A stretch of 64,000 bases of DNA from Chloroflexota bacterium (GCA_016875925.1 VGOO01000001.1:2162-66161), one strand, 5' to 3'. Shown: positions 31,001 to 41,818, numbered from the stretch's first letter. Numbers and translations are program-made. Notes: a model not told the origin generated them from the sequence alone.

Positions 31001-32057
31001 GCACAATGATCTCAGGAGCCCCCAGGTCAATCAGCCTTCTAAGACGGTTATTGCGATTGATCACACGCCGATACAAATCGTTCAGGTCGCTAGTAGCAAA
31101 GCGACCACCATCAAGTTGGACTATTGGCCGAAGTTCAGGGGGTAATACCGGCAATACTGTCAAAACCATCCACTCAGGCTTATTCCCGCTGCGCCAAAAG
31201 GCCTCTACTATTCGTAAGCGTTTGCTAGCTTTTTTGCGGCGCTGGCCAGCACTAGAACGAACCTCTTCAATAAGATCCTGACGCAGTTTCTCCAGGTTTA
31301 ATTCCTTAAGAATGGACAGAATAGCTTCAGCCCCCATGCCAGCTTCAAAGAAATCTCCGTACTCTGACTTAATGTCCTGGTATTGGCTCTCAGAAATAAG
31401 CCTTAACCGCTTCAAACTCTCAATAGATTCTATGCGAGATTCCAAACTGCTGATCGCGTTATTGACTTCGTCTAAGTCAGCCTGAAATTGAGCGCTATCA
31501 CTTGAAGAATCACTCAGGTTGGCAACAGCGCTAAATTCCACTCCAACCGCCTGGCCTTTGGGCAAATCGTTTACTTTAATACTCTGCCGAGCAAGCTCGT
31601 CTTTGAGGCCTTTGAGAATGTCCTGACGTGCAGCATCGTCAACAGAAATCACAATGTATTGCGCGAAATAAAGCACGCGCTCTAAGTGCCGAGGGGATAC
31701 ATCCAGCAGCAGAGCCAAGCGGCTGGGCACTCCCCTAGCAAACCAAATATGGGCTACCGGTGCTGCCAACTCAATATGCCCCATGCGTGTCCGACGCACC
31801 CTAGAATGCTCCACCGTGACTCCACATCTATCGCAGGTGACGCCGCGATAGCGTATCTTTTTGTACTTCCCACAATAACATTCGTAGTTCTTTGTAGGAC
31901 CGAAGATCTTTTCACAGAAAAGGCCATCCTTTTCCGGCTTCAATGTTCTGTAATTGATGGTCTCAGGCTCGGTTACTTCACCATAAGACCAGCTTTTTAT
32001 TTGGTCTGGTGAAGCCAAAGAAATCCGAATAGCGCTAAAATCATTAACTTCTGTCAT
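28092..32057 (-). CDS. rpoC: DNA-directed RNA polymerase subunit beta'
   Basis: 1321 aa. Zinc finger CYCGKY...C..CGV and the catalytic [12 protein letters not shown]. Confidence 0.99.
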   Translation of the reverse strand: MTEVNDFSAIRISLASPDQIKSWSYGEVTEPETINYRTLKPEKDGLFCEKIFGPTKNYECYCGKYKKIRYRGVTCDRCGVTVEHSRVRRTRMGHIELAAPVAHIWFARGVPSRLALLLDVSPRHLERVLYFAQYIVISVDDAARQDILKGLKDELARQSIKVNDLPKGQAVGVEFSAVANLSDSSSDSAQFQADLDEVNNAISSLESRIESIESLKRLRLISESQYQDIKSEYGDFFEAGMGAEAILSILKELNLEKLRQDLIEEVRSSAGQRRKKASKRLRIVEAFWRSGNKPEWMVLTVLPVLPPELRPIVQLDGGRFATSDLNDLYRRVINRNNRLRRLIDLGAPEIIVRNEKRMLQEAVDALVDNGRRGRVPTVGTTRRLKSLSDMLRGKQGRFRQNLLGKRVDYSGRSVIVVGPELQLHQCGLPKHMALELFKPFVMRQLIEQGYAHNIKSARRQVEKARPEVWDILAEVVKERPVLLNRAPTLHRLSVQAFEPVLIDGSAIQIHPLVCAAFNADFDGDQMAVHVPLSRAAVREAREQMLSLKNMLLPSCGEPVMTPTLDMVLGCYYLTNIKKGAKGEGKKFKGFEDARLAYELGLISLDAEIEVGGSNGNGEVLKTSAGRIIFNEVLPLEFRFRNRVMDKGALKRLVADCYRLLGYEATANVLDNLKKLGFEYATKSGTTIAASDVEVPKSKAKLLEEGDERVAVIESQFNRGLITDDERYSKTIEVWTEVTDKITETISQSLDRYGGVYMMATSGAKGNISQIRQMAGMRGLMTDPAGRIIDFPIKASFREGLSVMEYFMSTHGARKGLADTALRTSNAGYLTRRLIDVAQDVIISEEDCGSDDGIFLADRKRARGLLAPLADRLIGRLAASDVVDPQTGEIIVRRNEEIDEERSKLIVDAGIANVHVRSPLGCHSRQGICQYCYGRDLARGGLVEIGTAVGIIAAQSIGEPGTQLTLRTFHTGGVVEADITSGLPRVEELFEARVPKGVAILSEIDGVVEISDMEEARKVKITSSEFYRDEYVLPPGADVVINNGDRVEAGTMLAHVPSSGELSKGKHPIKPEDQPCIARVSGVVAIEKDRVYIGYEEREEREYTVPPGSHIRVKSGDEVKAGTQLIEGVADPQDILRIMGREAVQRYLVEEVQNVYRSQGVNINDKHIEIIIRQMLRRVRVESPGDTELLAGDLIDRFDYEGINAKVLAEGGEPATAQTVLLGITRASLNTNSWLAAASFQETTRVLTEAAIWGKTDRLVGLKENVIIGRLIPSRPLSLDEEPAQGLLLAEQAEKALPAVEMAEPEIADRNETGGQPLSPEA

Positions 32058-32082
32058 TTATGTTCCCTGTTTGACGACTCCA

Positions 32083-35000
32083 TCACCTCAAGGATTTGGG
32101 CTTGATACCTATTTTTTTCCTCTCCTCCAGAAAGCTTATCATCTCTTCTTCATCACTAAGCAATTCAACAGCCAAGCCAAGACTGCGTAGTTCCATGAAC
32201 AGAACTTTAAACGATTCGGGAACTCCAGGATGCATAATATCCTCACCTTTTACCAGAGCCTCATACGCCTTTGCACGCCCTGCAACATCGTCCGACTTCA
32301 CCGTAAGCAGTTCCTGCAACATATGGCTAGCACCATAAGCTTCTAACGCCCACACTTCCATCTCGCCAAACCGCTGGCCACCGAATTGAGCCTTGCCTCC
32401 CAGGGGTTGCTGCGTAATTAGAGAATAAGGCCCGGTAGATCGGGCATGCACTTTGTCCTCTACAAGATGCACCAGCTTCATCATATAAATGCTGCCAACA
32501 GTTATCGGTTGATCAAACTCCTCGCCGGTAATGCCATCACGTAACCAAACTTTGCCATAAATAGGAGGAGATAGCCGTTGCTCCTGTTGTAACCTCTCCA
32601 CAACGTCTTCTATTTCTTCTTCACTCATACCTTGCGACTTTATGCCAAATCCCTCGAGCCATAAACAGAGACAAGCCTTCCTCGCTTCTCCACGGTGCCG
32701 GTCATCAAAAATTTGCTCGGCGTCAAAATTACGCTCACATAGCCAAGCCTTTGCTCTATCAAAATCGATGGAGTGGGGAACATGACCGTCACCCATCTTG
32801 ACCGCCCCTGATTGCTGGACTAGCCAAGCTCTACCTAGAGCATCTTCAATAGCTACACTATCGGCACCATCGAATATCGGATTAAGAACCTGCACACCGA
32901 GCATCTCAGCAGCCCAACCTAAATGTGTCTCCAAAATCTGTCCGATATTCATTCGCGAAGGCACGCCGATAGGATTCAAAATGATGTCAACAGGCCTTCC
33001 ATCGGGCAAAAATGGCATATCGTCTTCAGGTAATATGCGCGATATAACACCTTTGTTGCCATGTCTCCCTGCCATCTTGTCACCAACCGAAACCTTGCGC
33101 TTCTGAGCAACCCATACACGCACAAGTTGATACACACCGGCAGGAAGGTCATCAGTATCACGGGTAGAGATCTTAACATCGATCACCTTGCCCCATTCAC
33201 CATGCGGGACGCGAAGAGAACTGTCCTTCACCTCACGCGCCTTTTCGCCAAAAATTGCCCTCAACAGCTTCTCTTCAGCCGTCAACTCTGTCTCGCCCTT
33301 TGGGCTAATTTTTCCTACCAGGATAGAGCCGGGGCCCACCTCGGCACCTATACGGATAATACCGTGTTCATCCAGGTCGCGAAGGCTTTCTTCACCTACA
33401 TTAGGAATATCTCTCGTGATCTCCTCCAGTCCTAACTTGGTCTCCCTAGCCTCTATTTCATATTTTTCGATATGGAGCGATGTGAACTTGTCCGCCTTAA
33501 CCAGCCTTTCACTGATAATCACAGCGTCTTCGTAATTATAGCCACGCCAGCTCATAAAGGCGCAAAGTATATTCTGGCCCAAGGCAAGTTCACCATACTC
33601 TGTAGCTGAACCATCGGCAAGAACTTGCCCCTTCTTAACCTTGTCACCCTTGGATACAATGGGACGCTGATTAATGCAAGTCCCCTGATTAGTTCGGACG
33701 AATTTCATCAAAGGATAAGTATGACTTCCGCCCTTTTCCTTTACCACCACATGTGCGCTATCGACAGACTCGACAATACCATCCTCTCGGGCAAACACAA
33801 CCTGGCCGCTATACTTCGCCACCTCGCCCTCCATCCCCGTAGCGATAATAGGGGCTTCAGGATGCAACAAAGGCACCGCCTGACGTTGCATATTAGAACC
33901 CATGAGAGCTCTATTGGCATCATCGTGTTCTAAAAACGGAATAAGAGATGTGGTAACGCTAAAAACCTGCTTGGGCGAAACATCCATATAGTCAATATGC
34001 TCTGGCGATTCCTTTGAGTACTTACCGCCCCTTATAACACCAACCTTCTCCTCTATGAACTCGTTTCGTTCGTTAAGAACAGCATTAGCCTGAGCAATAG
34101 CGTATTTCTCTTCCTCATCTGCGGTGAGATAATCAACTTTTGCAGACACAAAAGGAACAACCTTTATCGCCTTACGAGATAACGCAGCCAGCTTCTCCGC
34201 CGTCTCCTTAGTCACAACTGTGCCCTTACTGACCAGGATACTGCCATTTTCATCGAGGATATCTTCAGAAACTTTTCTACCCAATAAGTCAGCAACTTTA
34301 CCAGGCACACTGTGTATCACCCTGAGATAAGGCGTTTCAATAAAGCCGAGAGAGTCAACTCTAGCATAGGTAGCTAGAGAGCCGATAAGCCCAATGTTGG
34401 GCCCTTCAGGCGTCTCGATAGGGCATATTTTCCCATAATGGGAATGATGCACATCGCGAACATCAAAACCAGCGCGTTCACGAGACAGTCCTCCTGGCCC
34501 CATCGCTGATAGTCTGCGCTTATGGGTCAACTCGGAAAGCGGATTAGTCTGATCCATAAATTGGGAAAGCTGTGAGCCGCCGAAGAACTCCCTCATAGCA
34601 GCCACAATTGGCCGGTTATTGATCAAGGCAGTCGGGGTTGCCTCAGGACCAAGGATACTCATCCTCTCCTTTACCGTTCGCTCAAGCCGCAACAAGCCAA
34701 TACGAAATTGGTTCTGTATCAAATGACCTGCTGTGCGTACCCTTCGATTGCGCAGGTGATCGATATCATCCGGCTGCTCGTCACCATTGTTAATTTTGAT
34801 AATCGTTTTCACAATGGCAACGAAATCATCACGCGTCAAAGCACGGTAATCCTCGGGAATATCCAGGTCAAGCCTACTGTTGAGCTTATACCTGCCAACC
34901 TTCCCCAAGTCATACCGCCTCGGGTTGAAGAAAAGGTTGTTGAGTAGCGCTTGCGCATTATCAGGATTTGCCGGGTCACCGGGACGCAGGCGCTTATAAA

Positions 35001-35745
35001 TGTCAACTAAAGCATCATCTCTACTCTTTACATCAGGCTCTTTATCCATCGTAGAACGGATATAAGCGTGTTCAGCCCCAGGCTTATCAACATCTTCAAA
35101 AAGATTGAAAAGCTCATCGTCATTATCAAATCCGATGGCACGCAACAGAATAACGACCGGGATCTTCCTTTTACCATTTACCTTCACATAGATAACATCT
35201 CTACCTGAGGTCTCAAATTCCAGCCAGGCACCATGTTCGGGAATTAACTTCGCAGTGCATAACTCGCGACCACTTGTAGCATCTTCCTGAACATTAAAAT
35301 ATATGCCCGGTGAACGTAGTAGCTGATTCACCACCACCCTTTCCGCCCCGCTGATAACAAACGTACCCTTCTCCGTCATCAACGGTAGATCACCAAAGAA
35401 TATCTCCTGTTCTTTGATTTCGCCCGTTTCCTTAACAAGTAGATTAGCCCTCACATAGAGCGGTGCGGCGAATGTCATATCACGCTCACGACACTGCTCC
35501 ACTGTATACGAAGGCTGACGGAACTCGTACCCTACGAAATGCAACTCCAAGCGATTACCGGTAAAATCCTTGATGGGGGATATCTCTTGAAAAAGCTCCC
35601 TCAACCCCTCTTCTTGAAACCATCGGAAGGAATCAAGCTGAACCTGAATAAGATTGGGAATCTCCAGAACGGAAGGCAGCTTGCCAAATGATTTTCTGTT
35701 ATTAGAATCAGCGCTTGGCTTACCCAATGTCAATACGTCAGACAT
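32083..35745 (-). CDS. rpoB: DNA-directed RNA polymerase subunit beta
   Basis: 1220 aa. [19 protein letters not shown] (rifampicin cluster I region), GRHGNKGV and other invariant blocks. Confidence 0.99.
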   Translation of the reverse strand: MSDVLTLGKPSADSNNRKSFGKLPSVLEIPNLIQVQLDSFRWFQEEGLRELFQEISPIKDFTGNRLELHFVGYEFRQPSYTVEQCRERDMTFAAPLYVRANLLVKETGEIKEQEIFFGDLPLMTEKGTFVISGAERVVVNQLLRSPGIYFNVQEDATSGRELCTAKLIPEHGAWLEFETSGRDVIYVKVNGKRKIPVVILLRAIGFDNDDELFNLFEDVDKPGAEHAYIRSTMDKEPDVKSRDDALVDIYKRLRPGDPANPDNAQALLNNLFFNPRRYDLGKVGRYKLNSRLDLDIPEDYRALTRDDFVAIVKTIIKINNGDEQPDDIDHLRNRRVRTAGHLIQNQFRIGLLRLERTVKERMSILGPEATPTALINNRPIVAAMREFFGGSQLSQFMDQTNPLSELTHKRRLSAMGPGGLSRERAGFDVRDVHHSHYGKICPIETPEGPNIGLIGSLATYARVDSLGFIETPYLRVIHSVPGKVADLLGRKVSEDILDENGSILVSKGTVVTKETAEKLAALSRKAIKVVPFVSAKVDYLTADEEEKYAIAQANAVLNERNEFIEEKVGVIRGGKYSKESPEHIDYMDVSPKQVFSVTTSLIPFLEHDDANRALMGSNMQRQAVPLLHPEAPIIATGMEGEVAKYSGQVVFAREDGIVESVDSAHVVVKEKGGSHTYPLMKFVRTNQGTCINQRPIVSKGDKVKKGQVLADGSATEYGELALGQNILCAFMSWRGYNYEDAVIISERLVKADKFTSLHIEKYEIEARETKLGLEEITRDIPNVGEESLRDLDEHGIIRIGAEVGPGSILVGKISPKGETELTAEEKLLRAIFGEKAREVKDSSLRVPHGEWGKVIDVKISTRDTDDLPAGVYQLVRVWVAQKRKVSVGDKMAGRHGNKGVISRILPEDDMPFLPDGRPVDIILNPIGVPSRMNIGQILETHLGWAAEMLGVQVLNPIFDGADSVAIEDALGRAWLVQQSGAVKMGDGHVPHSIDFDRAKAWLCERNFDAEQIFDDRHRGEARKACLCLWLEGFGIKSQGMSEEEIEDVVERLQQEQRLSPPIYGKVWLRDGITGEEFDQPITVGSIYMMKLVHLVEDKVHARSTGPYSLITQQPLGGKAQFGGQRFGEMEVWALEAYGASHMLQELLTVKSDDVAGRAKAYEALVKGEDIMHPGVPESFKVLFMELRSLGLAVELLSDEEEMISFLEERKKIGIKPKSLR

Positions 35746-35892
35746 ACGTTCAAAAACTCAAAAACAAGGCAAAAGAAGTCAGAAAATGGACAAAACTATC
35801 TACGGGCTGCAATCGAGGAAAGCCCAGAAAATAGGCCTGAATTGAAATGGCATCGCTATGTTGACTTAGTAGTATAACACTCATCAAGAGTG

Positions 35893-35921
35893 TTGTCAAG
35901 GGCACATTATCATAGTATAAT
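35893..35921 (+). promoter_or_regulatory. Sigma-70-type promoter of lysA
   Basis: TTGTCA-N17-TATAAT, 36 nt upstream of the lysA ATG. The leader is too short for a lysine riboswitch. Confidence 0.55.
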
Positions 35922-35957
35922 GCACATATCTCTCCTCCTGACTAATGTGACATCAGA

Positions 35958-37283
35958 ATGAGCCCAAATAATTCTTCCATACTAAGCATATTTCCATTTA
36001 ACACGAAGGTGAATAGCCAAGGCCACCTCGTTATAGGCGGTTGCGATGCCACTGCTCTCGCCCAGGAATTTGGCACTCCGCTTTATGTTCTAGACGAATT
36101 CACTATTCGCACCAAGTGCCAAGAGTTCCGATTCGAGTTTAGCAAAAGATACCCCGATATTTTGGTCATATATGCGGCCAAGGCTTTCATAAATCCAAGC
36201 TTGGCTAACATTATCAAACAAGAAGGGCTGGGAATGGATGTTGTTTCAGGTGGCGAGCTAAGCATTGCCCAATCCGCGGCTTTTCCGCCAGAGAAGGTTT
36301 ACTTCCACGGGAACAACAAGACAGCAAGTGAGCTAAAGCTTGCCTTGAATTGGGGTATCGGACGAGTAGTGGTCGACAATCTATTCGAGTTGGACCTACT
36401 TAACAAAATGGCACAAGAGACGAATAAGAAACAAGATATCCTATTACGCATTAACCCAGGAGTCGATCCGCACACCCATCGTTTCACAACCACCGGCATA
36501 CTCGATAGCAAGTTCGGCTTGCCTTTGACCACCGGCCAGGCTGAAGCAGCGATAATCCGTGCCTCTTCAGCATCCCATCTTAGCCTTCTGGGGCTGCATT
36601 TCCACCTGGGCTCACCCATCTCTGAGATTAATCCCTATCAAGTAGCTATCGAATTAGCGTTGAAATTTGCCCAAAAAATGAAGGCGAAACACGGCTTTGA
36701 CCTAAGGGAACTCAGCCCAGGCGGTGGTTTTGCCGTACAATACACACCGCGCCCAAAAATACCTAGCGTTAGCGACTACGCAGATGCGATAGTTTCAAAG
36801 CTCAAGTACGTCAGCGACAAGCTCAACTTAGCACATCCGCGATGTACCATAGAACCGGGAAGAGGAGTATTAGCCCAAGCAGGTGTCGCATTATACAGCA
36901 TCGGCTCAATTAAGAAAATCCCGAAGGTGCGCACTTATGCTGCAGTTGACGGTGGTATCGGAGATAATATCCGCCCAGCACTCTACCAAGCAAAATATGA
37001 AGCGATAGTTGCCAATAAGGCGAACCAAGAAATGACAACCAAGGTGACAATTGCTGGAAGATACTGCGAGTCAGGAGATATCCTGGTTAAAGACGTGGTT
37101 TTGCCTCCACTGTCACCAGGTGACATTATAGCTATCCCCGCCAGTGGTGCCTATTCCATACCAATGTCTAGTAACTACAATGCTGTCCCCAGACCTGCTA
37201 TCGTAATGGTCAAAGATGGTGAGCCACGCCTGGTAAGAAGGCGCGAAAGCTATCAGGATCTCATAAGTTTGGACATAAATTGA
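35958..37283 (+). CDS. lysA: Diaminopimelate decarboxylase
   Basis: 441 aa. Fold-III PLP decarboxylase motifs YAAKAF, HFHLGS, EPGR and GRYCESGD. Confidence 0.93.
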   Translation: MSPNNSSILSIFPFNTKVNSQGHLVIGGCDATALAQEFGTPLYVLDEFTIRTKCQEFRFEFSKRYPDILVIYAAKAFINPSLANIIKQEGLGMDVVSGGELSIAQSAAFPPEKVYFHGNNKTASELKLALNWGIGRVVVDNLFELDLLNKMAQETNKKQDILLRINPGVDPHTHRFTTTGILDSKFGLPLTTGQAEAAIIRASSASHLSLLGLHFHLGSPISEINPYQVAIELALKFAQKMKAKHGFDLRELSPGGGFAVQYTPRPKIPSVSDYADAIVSKLKYVSDKLNLAHPRCTIEPGRGVLAQAGVALYSIGSIKKIPKVRTYAAVDGGIGDNIRPALYQAKYEAIVANKANQEMTTKVTIAGRYCESGDILVKDVVLPPLSPGDIIAIPASGAYSIPMSSNYNAVPRPAIVMVKDGEPRLVRRRESYQDLISLDIN

Positions 37284-38296
37284 AAGGTATTATGTGGAAA
37301 ACAATCGGTCAGACCAAAGCCATTACCCTGATTGAAGGTAGCATAAAGACAGATAGCTTAGCCCATGCCTATTTGCTAGTTGGACCTGAACACATAGGCA
37401 AAACTACCTTGGCACTTGACCTGGCACGAGCTTTAAACTGCCAAGGAGACAAGAAGCCATGTAACCAGTGCCAGTCCTGTACAAAAATCAGCAACGGCAA
37501 GCACGCTGATATTATGATATTGAGCTTGGATTCGCCTGACATTCCCGAAGATGATAAGGAGCGCACGAAAATAGGAATCAAAAAAATACATTACCTACAG
37601 AATAGTGCCAGTTTGCCACCATACGAAGGTAAGTTCAAAACATTCATCATCGATGGCACCGAATACTTATCGAATGAAGCAGCTAACTGCTTGCTCAAGA
37701 CATTGGAAGAACCGCCGCCAAGAGTGCTTATACTTTTGTTAGCATCCGATGAATCACAGCTCTTGCCCACAGTTGTTTCCCGTTGCCAGAGACTGGAATT
37801 AACGCCAGTCTCATCCACAGACATAGAAGAGATGCTCTTGCATTCCGTCAGTATTGACAAAGAGAAGGCGAAGCTTCTGTCCAGATTATCAGGGGGTCGC
37901 CCAGGATGGGCTATCGACGCTACCACCGATAATAACTACCTTGCGGAACGTGCTGAAAAGCTTGACCAAATATCATCATTGCTTGGTGAAGATTGGGGAC
38001 AACGCTTACTCTACATTTCACAGCTCCGACCTGACAGGAAATCTGCTGAGGAACAAATACGATTCTGGCTAGATTGGTGGCGCGACTTGATGCTAACTAA
38101 GTGTGGCTGCCAACAAGCCATTACAAACATAGACCAAGCATCAATACTTGAGAGATGGACACATGTATTAAGCTTGGTTGAGATCAAGGACTTTATACGC
38201 AGTCTGGAGAAATCATTAGTCCAGATCGCCATGAATGCCAACCCGCGCCTGATGCTCGAATGCCTCATGCTCGATATGCCTATCAAGCCTTCATAG
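37280..38296 (+). CDS. holB: DNA polymerase III subunit delta'
   Basis: HAYLLVGPEHIGKTTLA, zinc module C..C..C and EEPP. Start is either the TTG at 37280 (TTGA overlap with lysA) or the ATG at 37292. Confidence 0.88.
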   Translation: MKGIMWKTIGQTKAITLIEGSIKTDSLAHAYLLVGPEHIGKTTLALDLARALNCQGDKKPCNQCQSCTKISNGKHADIMILSLDSPDIPEDDKERTKIGIKKIHYLQNSASLPPYEGKFKTFIIDGTEYLSNEAANCLLKTLEEPPPRVLILLLASDESQLLPTVVSRCQRLELTPVSSTDIEEMLLHSVSIDKEKAKLLSRLSGGRPGWAIDATTDNNYLAERAEKLDQISSLLGEDWGQRLLYISQLRPDRKSAEEQIRFWLDWWRDLMLTKCGCQQAITNIDQASILERWTHVLSLVEIKDFIRSLEKSLVQIAMNANPRLMLECLMLDMPIKPS

Positions 38297-38342
38297 TGAT
38301 AAAATACACAGCGTACACATTCACTAGACAACTGGGAAGCAT

Positions 38343-39176
38343 ATGCCAGAAATAGTTGGAGTTCGCTTTCAGCAAGCCGGCAAGGTGTATTACTTCGATG
38401 CTGCCGATATCCCTATGGAGATAGGCGACCGCATCGTTGTCGAAACCAACCATGGCCGAGAATTAGGTAGAGTGGTTATAGCCCCTAAACAGATGCTAGC
38501 AAGCGATATCACAGAACCTCTGAAACCGGTGGCAGGTAAAGCAACCCCCGCAGACATGCAGCGTGCCCAACATAACCAAGAAAAAGCACATAAAGCATTG
38601 AGACAATGCCGCGAGTCAATCAATAAACTCAACCTTCCCATGAAACCCATATCAGCCCAATACAACCTAGAGGGAAATCACCTCACCATTTTTTTCACCG
38701 CAGAAAAGAGGGTTGACTTCCGCGAACTTGTTAAAGAGTTAAGCCATAACTTGAGAACACGCGTCGAGCTGAGACAGGTCGGCACCAGAGACGAAGCCAA
38801 ACTGATCGGCGGCTTAGGCAAATGTGGTTACCCATTGTGTTGCACATCCTTCCTGTGTGAATTTACCCCCGTCTCCATAAAAATGGCCAAGGAACAAGAG
38901 GTAGCACTCAACCCCATGAAAACATCAGGAGTTTGTGGTAGACTCCTTTGCTGCCTGGGCTACGAAGTCGAGCAATATCGAGCCATGAAGGAAAAACTGC
39001 CAGCGTTAGGCCAAGAGGTATCAACATCGCTGGGAAAAGCAAAGGTCGTTGGACTGAATCCCTTGAAAGAAGCAATATCCGTAGAACTAGACTCAGGAGG
39101 CACTATGGAACTAGCTGCCTCGCAAATAAACTGGCAGAAGAAACCGCCGCCAGAGAAACAAGAGCCCAAAGGCTAG
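38343..39176 (+). CDS. ricT: PSP1-domain protein (YaaT/RicT-like)
   Basis: VGVRFQQAGKVYYFD......GD.IVVET..G.ELG.V, a cysteine-rich CC..FL..F and GRLLCCL. Conserved position after holB. Confidence 0.85.
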   Translation: MPEIVGVRFQQAGKVYYFDAADIPMEIGDRIVVETNHGRELGRVVIAPKQMLASDITEPLKPVAGKATPADMQRAQHNQEKAHKALRQCRESINKLNLPMKPISAQYNLEGNHLTIFFTAEKRVDFRELVKELSHNLRTRVELRQVGTRDEAKLIGGLGKCGYPLCCTSFLCEFTPVSIKMAKEQEVALNPMKTSGVCGRLLCCLGYEVEQYRAMKEKLPALGQEVSTSLGKAKVVGLNPLKEAISVELDSGGTMELAASQINWQKKPPPEKQEPKG

Positions 39177-39683
39177 CTACTGATGCACATACTTCTGCCA
39201 TGTAGTATAAGTGCAAAGGTAGTGATAGGGAACATAGAAACCATCGTCCCTCGGGGCTCTCGGACGCGATAACAACGGCATCCTAGCTTCAGCAGGTGTG
39301 CGCCCAGCCTTCCGCCTATTACAAGGAACACAGGCACTGACCACATTCTCCCAATTATGCTGGCCACCTCTCCTGCGAGGAACAACATGATCTAGAGTAA
39401 GTTCGCGTGTCTCGCGTCCACAGTACTGGCAAGTATGACCATCGCGATGAAAAACCTCGTGCTTTGTCAGCTTCCGTTGTCGTCGTGGTCGCCTGACATA
39501 ATATGCAAGCCGAATCACAGAGGGAACATCGAATATGCTTTCAACTGAATGGATATTACCTCGACCATTTTCCAAGACCTCAGCCCTGCCATGAAGCAAC
39601 AGAACAACTGCGCGCCGCACTCTGCAAATATTAAGCGGCTCGTAGTTTTGATTAACCACCAAGACCGGAGAATTGACTATCAT
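39177..39683 (-). CDS. HNH endonuclease
   Basis: C.YCG....LT.DHV.P...GG...WEN.V.AC..CN..K is the HNH motif with zinc-binding cysteines. Confidence 0.88.
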   Translation of the reverse strand: MIVNSPVLVVNQNYEPLNICRVRRAVVLLLHGRAEVLENGRGNIHSVESIFDVPSVIRLAYYVRRPRRQRKLTKHEVFHRDGHTCQYCGRETRELTLDHVVPRRRGGQHNWENVVSACVPCNRRKAGRTPAEARMPLLSRPRAPRDDGFYVPYHYLCTYTTWQKYVHQ

Positions 39684-39688
39684 CTTGC

Positions 39689-39708
39689 TACCGCTAAATT
39701 TAGCGGTA
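39689..39708. promoter_or_regulatory. Perfect 20-nt palindrome immediately upstream of the HNH gene start
   Basis: TACCGCTAAA|TTTAGCGGTA lies 5 nt from the HNH ATG (39683) and 31 nt after the loader-gene stop. Flanking TTGC/GCAA can extend the pairing. Confidence 0.5.
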
Positions 39709-39739
39709 TTTTAGCAGCAAATTCACTTACCGACAACAG

Positions 39740-41158
39740 CTAAGGAGACGAACGACGCCTGGTCGGACTTTGCGACAATTTTGCGCGCCTAGCTGCTCCT
39801 CTATCGCCTCTGTAATCAGGCGCCATGATATTGAATACCAAACTAATACTGGGGTCCACCATCCTCGAGCTGATTCGATTCTCTATCTCGTCTAGCGAAA
39901 AGCAAGTAGTAATCACCGTGGCCAGCCTAGCATTATAACGATAGTTAATTAATTGATACAGCTTCTCCTGTGCCCAGGGAGTGGCAGATTGCTCGCCGAA
40001 ATCATCCAGAACCAGCACCTGAACTTGCTTAATCCGCTCAAAAAGCTCGTCATACGAAGTCTTGCTGTCCGGGCCGAATGTGGAACGGAGATGATCCAAT
40101 AAATCAGGCACCACGATAAAAAGAACAGGCTTACCTTCCTGCTTAAGATGATTGGCGATGGCAGCCGCCAGGTGAGTTTTCCCACAGCCGTTAGTACCTT
40201 GAAAAACAAGCCAGCCTTGAGGAGACCGAGCAAAATCAAGCGCCAGATGATAAGCCTGCTCCAAATTCTGCCGTTCTTCCGGCATAAGGTTCAATCGCCT
40301 GTAATCAAAATTTTTAAATGTCATCCTCCGTAGTAACTCCAGGTCTAGCCCACCAAGGTGAGATAAAGAAGACAAAATACTGCCAAGCATATACACTCTG
40401 CAAAACCCCACGTCTGTCAGATGTCCTCTAAGACTATCGCCAAAACCCTCTATTGGTACATCCGCAGTAATCACAGTAGCCAAACGAGCATTGAAACGAT
40501 AATCTAGCAATTGCTCCATCTTTCCCTTCGCCCAGCCAGTAGTCGTCGCCATATTCAGATCATCCAGAATTAGGATGGGAGTATTCTTAACTTGTTCAAA
40601 TAGCGCATCGTGGGTGATATTACTGTCGGGACTGAAAGCAGAGCGGAGATAGTCTAGCAAATCAGCAGCATTGATATAAAAAACAGGGCGTCCCAAGCCC
40701 AAGCAATGGTTAGCTATAGCACAAACTAAATGGGTCTTACCACTTCCTCCAGGTCCAATAAATACTAGCCAGCCGCTGGGGGCTTCGGCAAAGGCTTTAG
40801 CAGCATCATAGGCCTGACTGAAAAGTTCCTGCAAAGCAGGAGCACCTTGCAGCCCGGTTGGAGTCAGGTTCTCAAATGTCAAACGAGACAGGATGCCAAG
40901 ATTGCTCCTTTGCTGAAGCTGGTTGAGCTTCTCGCTTTTAAGCTCCTGCCGCCGGCATTTGCACGGTACCACGCGGCTAAAATCAGTTTTCCCTGACGGC
41001 AGAACAGGGTAAACTAAACCAGCCCCCTTGCACAGTAGACAGGCAGTAGTAGCCGAGTCTTCAGCCTGGTGCTCAGCGTCTGACCATGTGCCCGTATCTG
41101 CCCCTGACATATTTGGCAGAGTTGTTTTCTTTTTCAGAATCTCGCCTAGACTTTCCAT
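39740..41158 (-). CDS. Helicase-loader-like protein with N-terminal zinc module and two tandem DnaC/DnaI-type AAA+ modules
   Basis: CLLCKGAG...CKC, then module 1 (WLVFIGPGGSGKTHLVCAIANH, ILILDD, FNARLATVIT) and module 2 (WLVFQGTNGCGKTHLAAAIANH, VLVLDD, YNARLATVIT). Start favoured at the ATG at 41158 (GAGGG SD); the ATG at 41203 is also possible. Confidence 0.85.
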   Translation of the reverse strand: MESLGEILKKKTTLPNMSGADTGTWSDAEHQAEDSATTACLLCKGAGLVYPVLPSGKTDFSRVVPCKCRRQELKSEKLNQLQQRSNLGILSRLTFENLTPTGLQGAPALQELFSQAYDAAKAFAEAPSGWLVFIGPGGSGKTHLVCAIANHCLGLGRPVFYINAADLLDYLRSAFSPDSNITHDALFEQVKNTPILILDDLNMATTTGWAKGKMEQLLDYRFNARLATVITADVPIEGFGDSLRGHLTDVGFCRVYMLGSILSSLSHLGGLDLELLRRMTFKNFDYRRLNLMPEERQNLEQAYHLALDFARSPQGWLVFQGTNGCGKTHLAAAIANHLKQEGKPVLFIVVPDLLDHLRSTFGPDSKTSYDELFERIKQVQVLVLDDFGEQSATPWAQEKLYQLINYRYNARLATVITTCFSLDEIENRISSRMVDPSISLVFNIMAPDYRGDRGAARRAKLSQSPTRRRSSP

Positions 41159-41795
41159 CGAACTTACCCTCAGTGGCCCAACGCTCCAGAATGCGCGCAA
41201 CATACTTCCAGCTACGCTTATTAAGCCTGACTGCTTCCCGAAAGGCGCTCTCTATCCAATCATGCGGATACAGCTTCTCAGCCTCTCTCAATTCTTCAAC
41301 AATCATAGGTGTTAGTATGCCGATATTCTGCTCGTAAAGAATAAAAATGTTAGGTGGCGTAAAAGCATCACCAGCCTTCACTTTCCTAACTACGAAGTCG
41401 GACGATGGCATCTCGCCTCTTTCGACCTTAGCAACGATGTTCCTTTCAGTCTCCGCGTTTATCAAATAGATATCCTCATGCTCGCCATCTTGTTGTATCT
41501 CTAAATGAAGCAAGATTCCATGCTCAACGGCCAAGGTTAAGGCATGTTTAAGCACCTCTTCTCTTTGTTCAATACCCCTGGCTATTCCGTTCATAAGAAC
41601 AGAGTCAGCCAAAAGTTCCTCACTGGCTACAAAACGTGGGTAGCCGCGCCGGCGGCTTAACAACCACAGAATATGCAGCACTGTTTTCAACTCAGCAATA
41701 TCCTCAATGTTTGGCAGCACCATAGTAAAAAATTGATTAGGCACAGGAGTTACTTCAGCTTTTTCTACGAAGCCCATGAATGGTTTATCATACAT
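41073..41795 (-). CDS. DnaD-domain replication protein (DnaD/DnaB_2 family)
   Basis: LYEQNIG.LTP.I.EEL.EAEK.YP.DWI..AF.EAV..NKRSWKY...ILERW is the DnaD C-terminal domain signature. Sits between dnaB and the loader gene. Confidence 0.8.
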   Translation of the reverse strand: MYDKPFMGFVEKAEVTPVPNQFFTMVLPNIEDIAELKTVLHILWLLSRRRGYPRFVASEELLADSVLMNGIARGIEQREEVLKHALTLAVEHGILLHLEIQQDGEHEDIYLINAETERNIVAKVERGEMPSSDFVVRKVKAGDAFTPPNIFILYEQNIGILTPMIVEELREAEKLYPHDWIESAFREAVRLNKRSWKYVARILERWATEGKFDGKSRRDSEKENNSAKYVRGRYGHMVRR

Positions 41796-41818
41796 CGCCG
41801 CAATTTCCGAAAAATATC

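Noticed and set aside
35746-35957. Possible lysine riboswitch or rpoB leader element in the rpoB-lysA divergent spacer.
   Set aside because: The best lysA promoter leaves only about a 36-nt leader. I could not see conserved L-box helices, and the remaining sequence is AT-rich without convincing structure.
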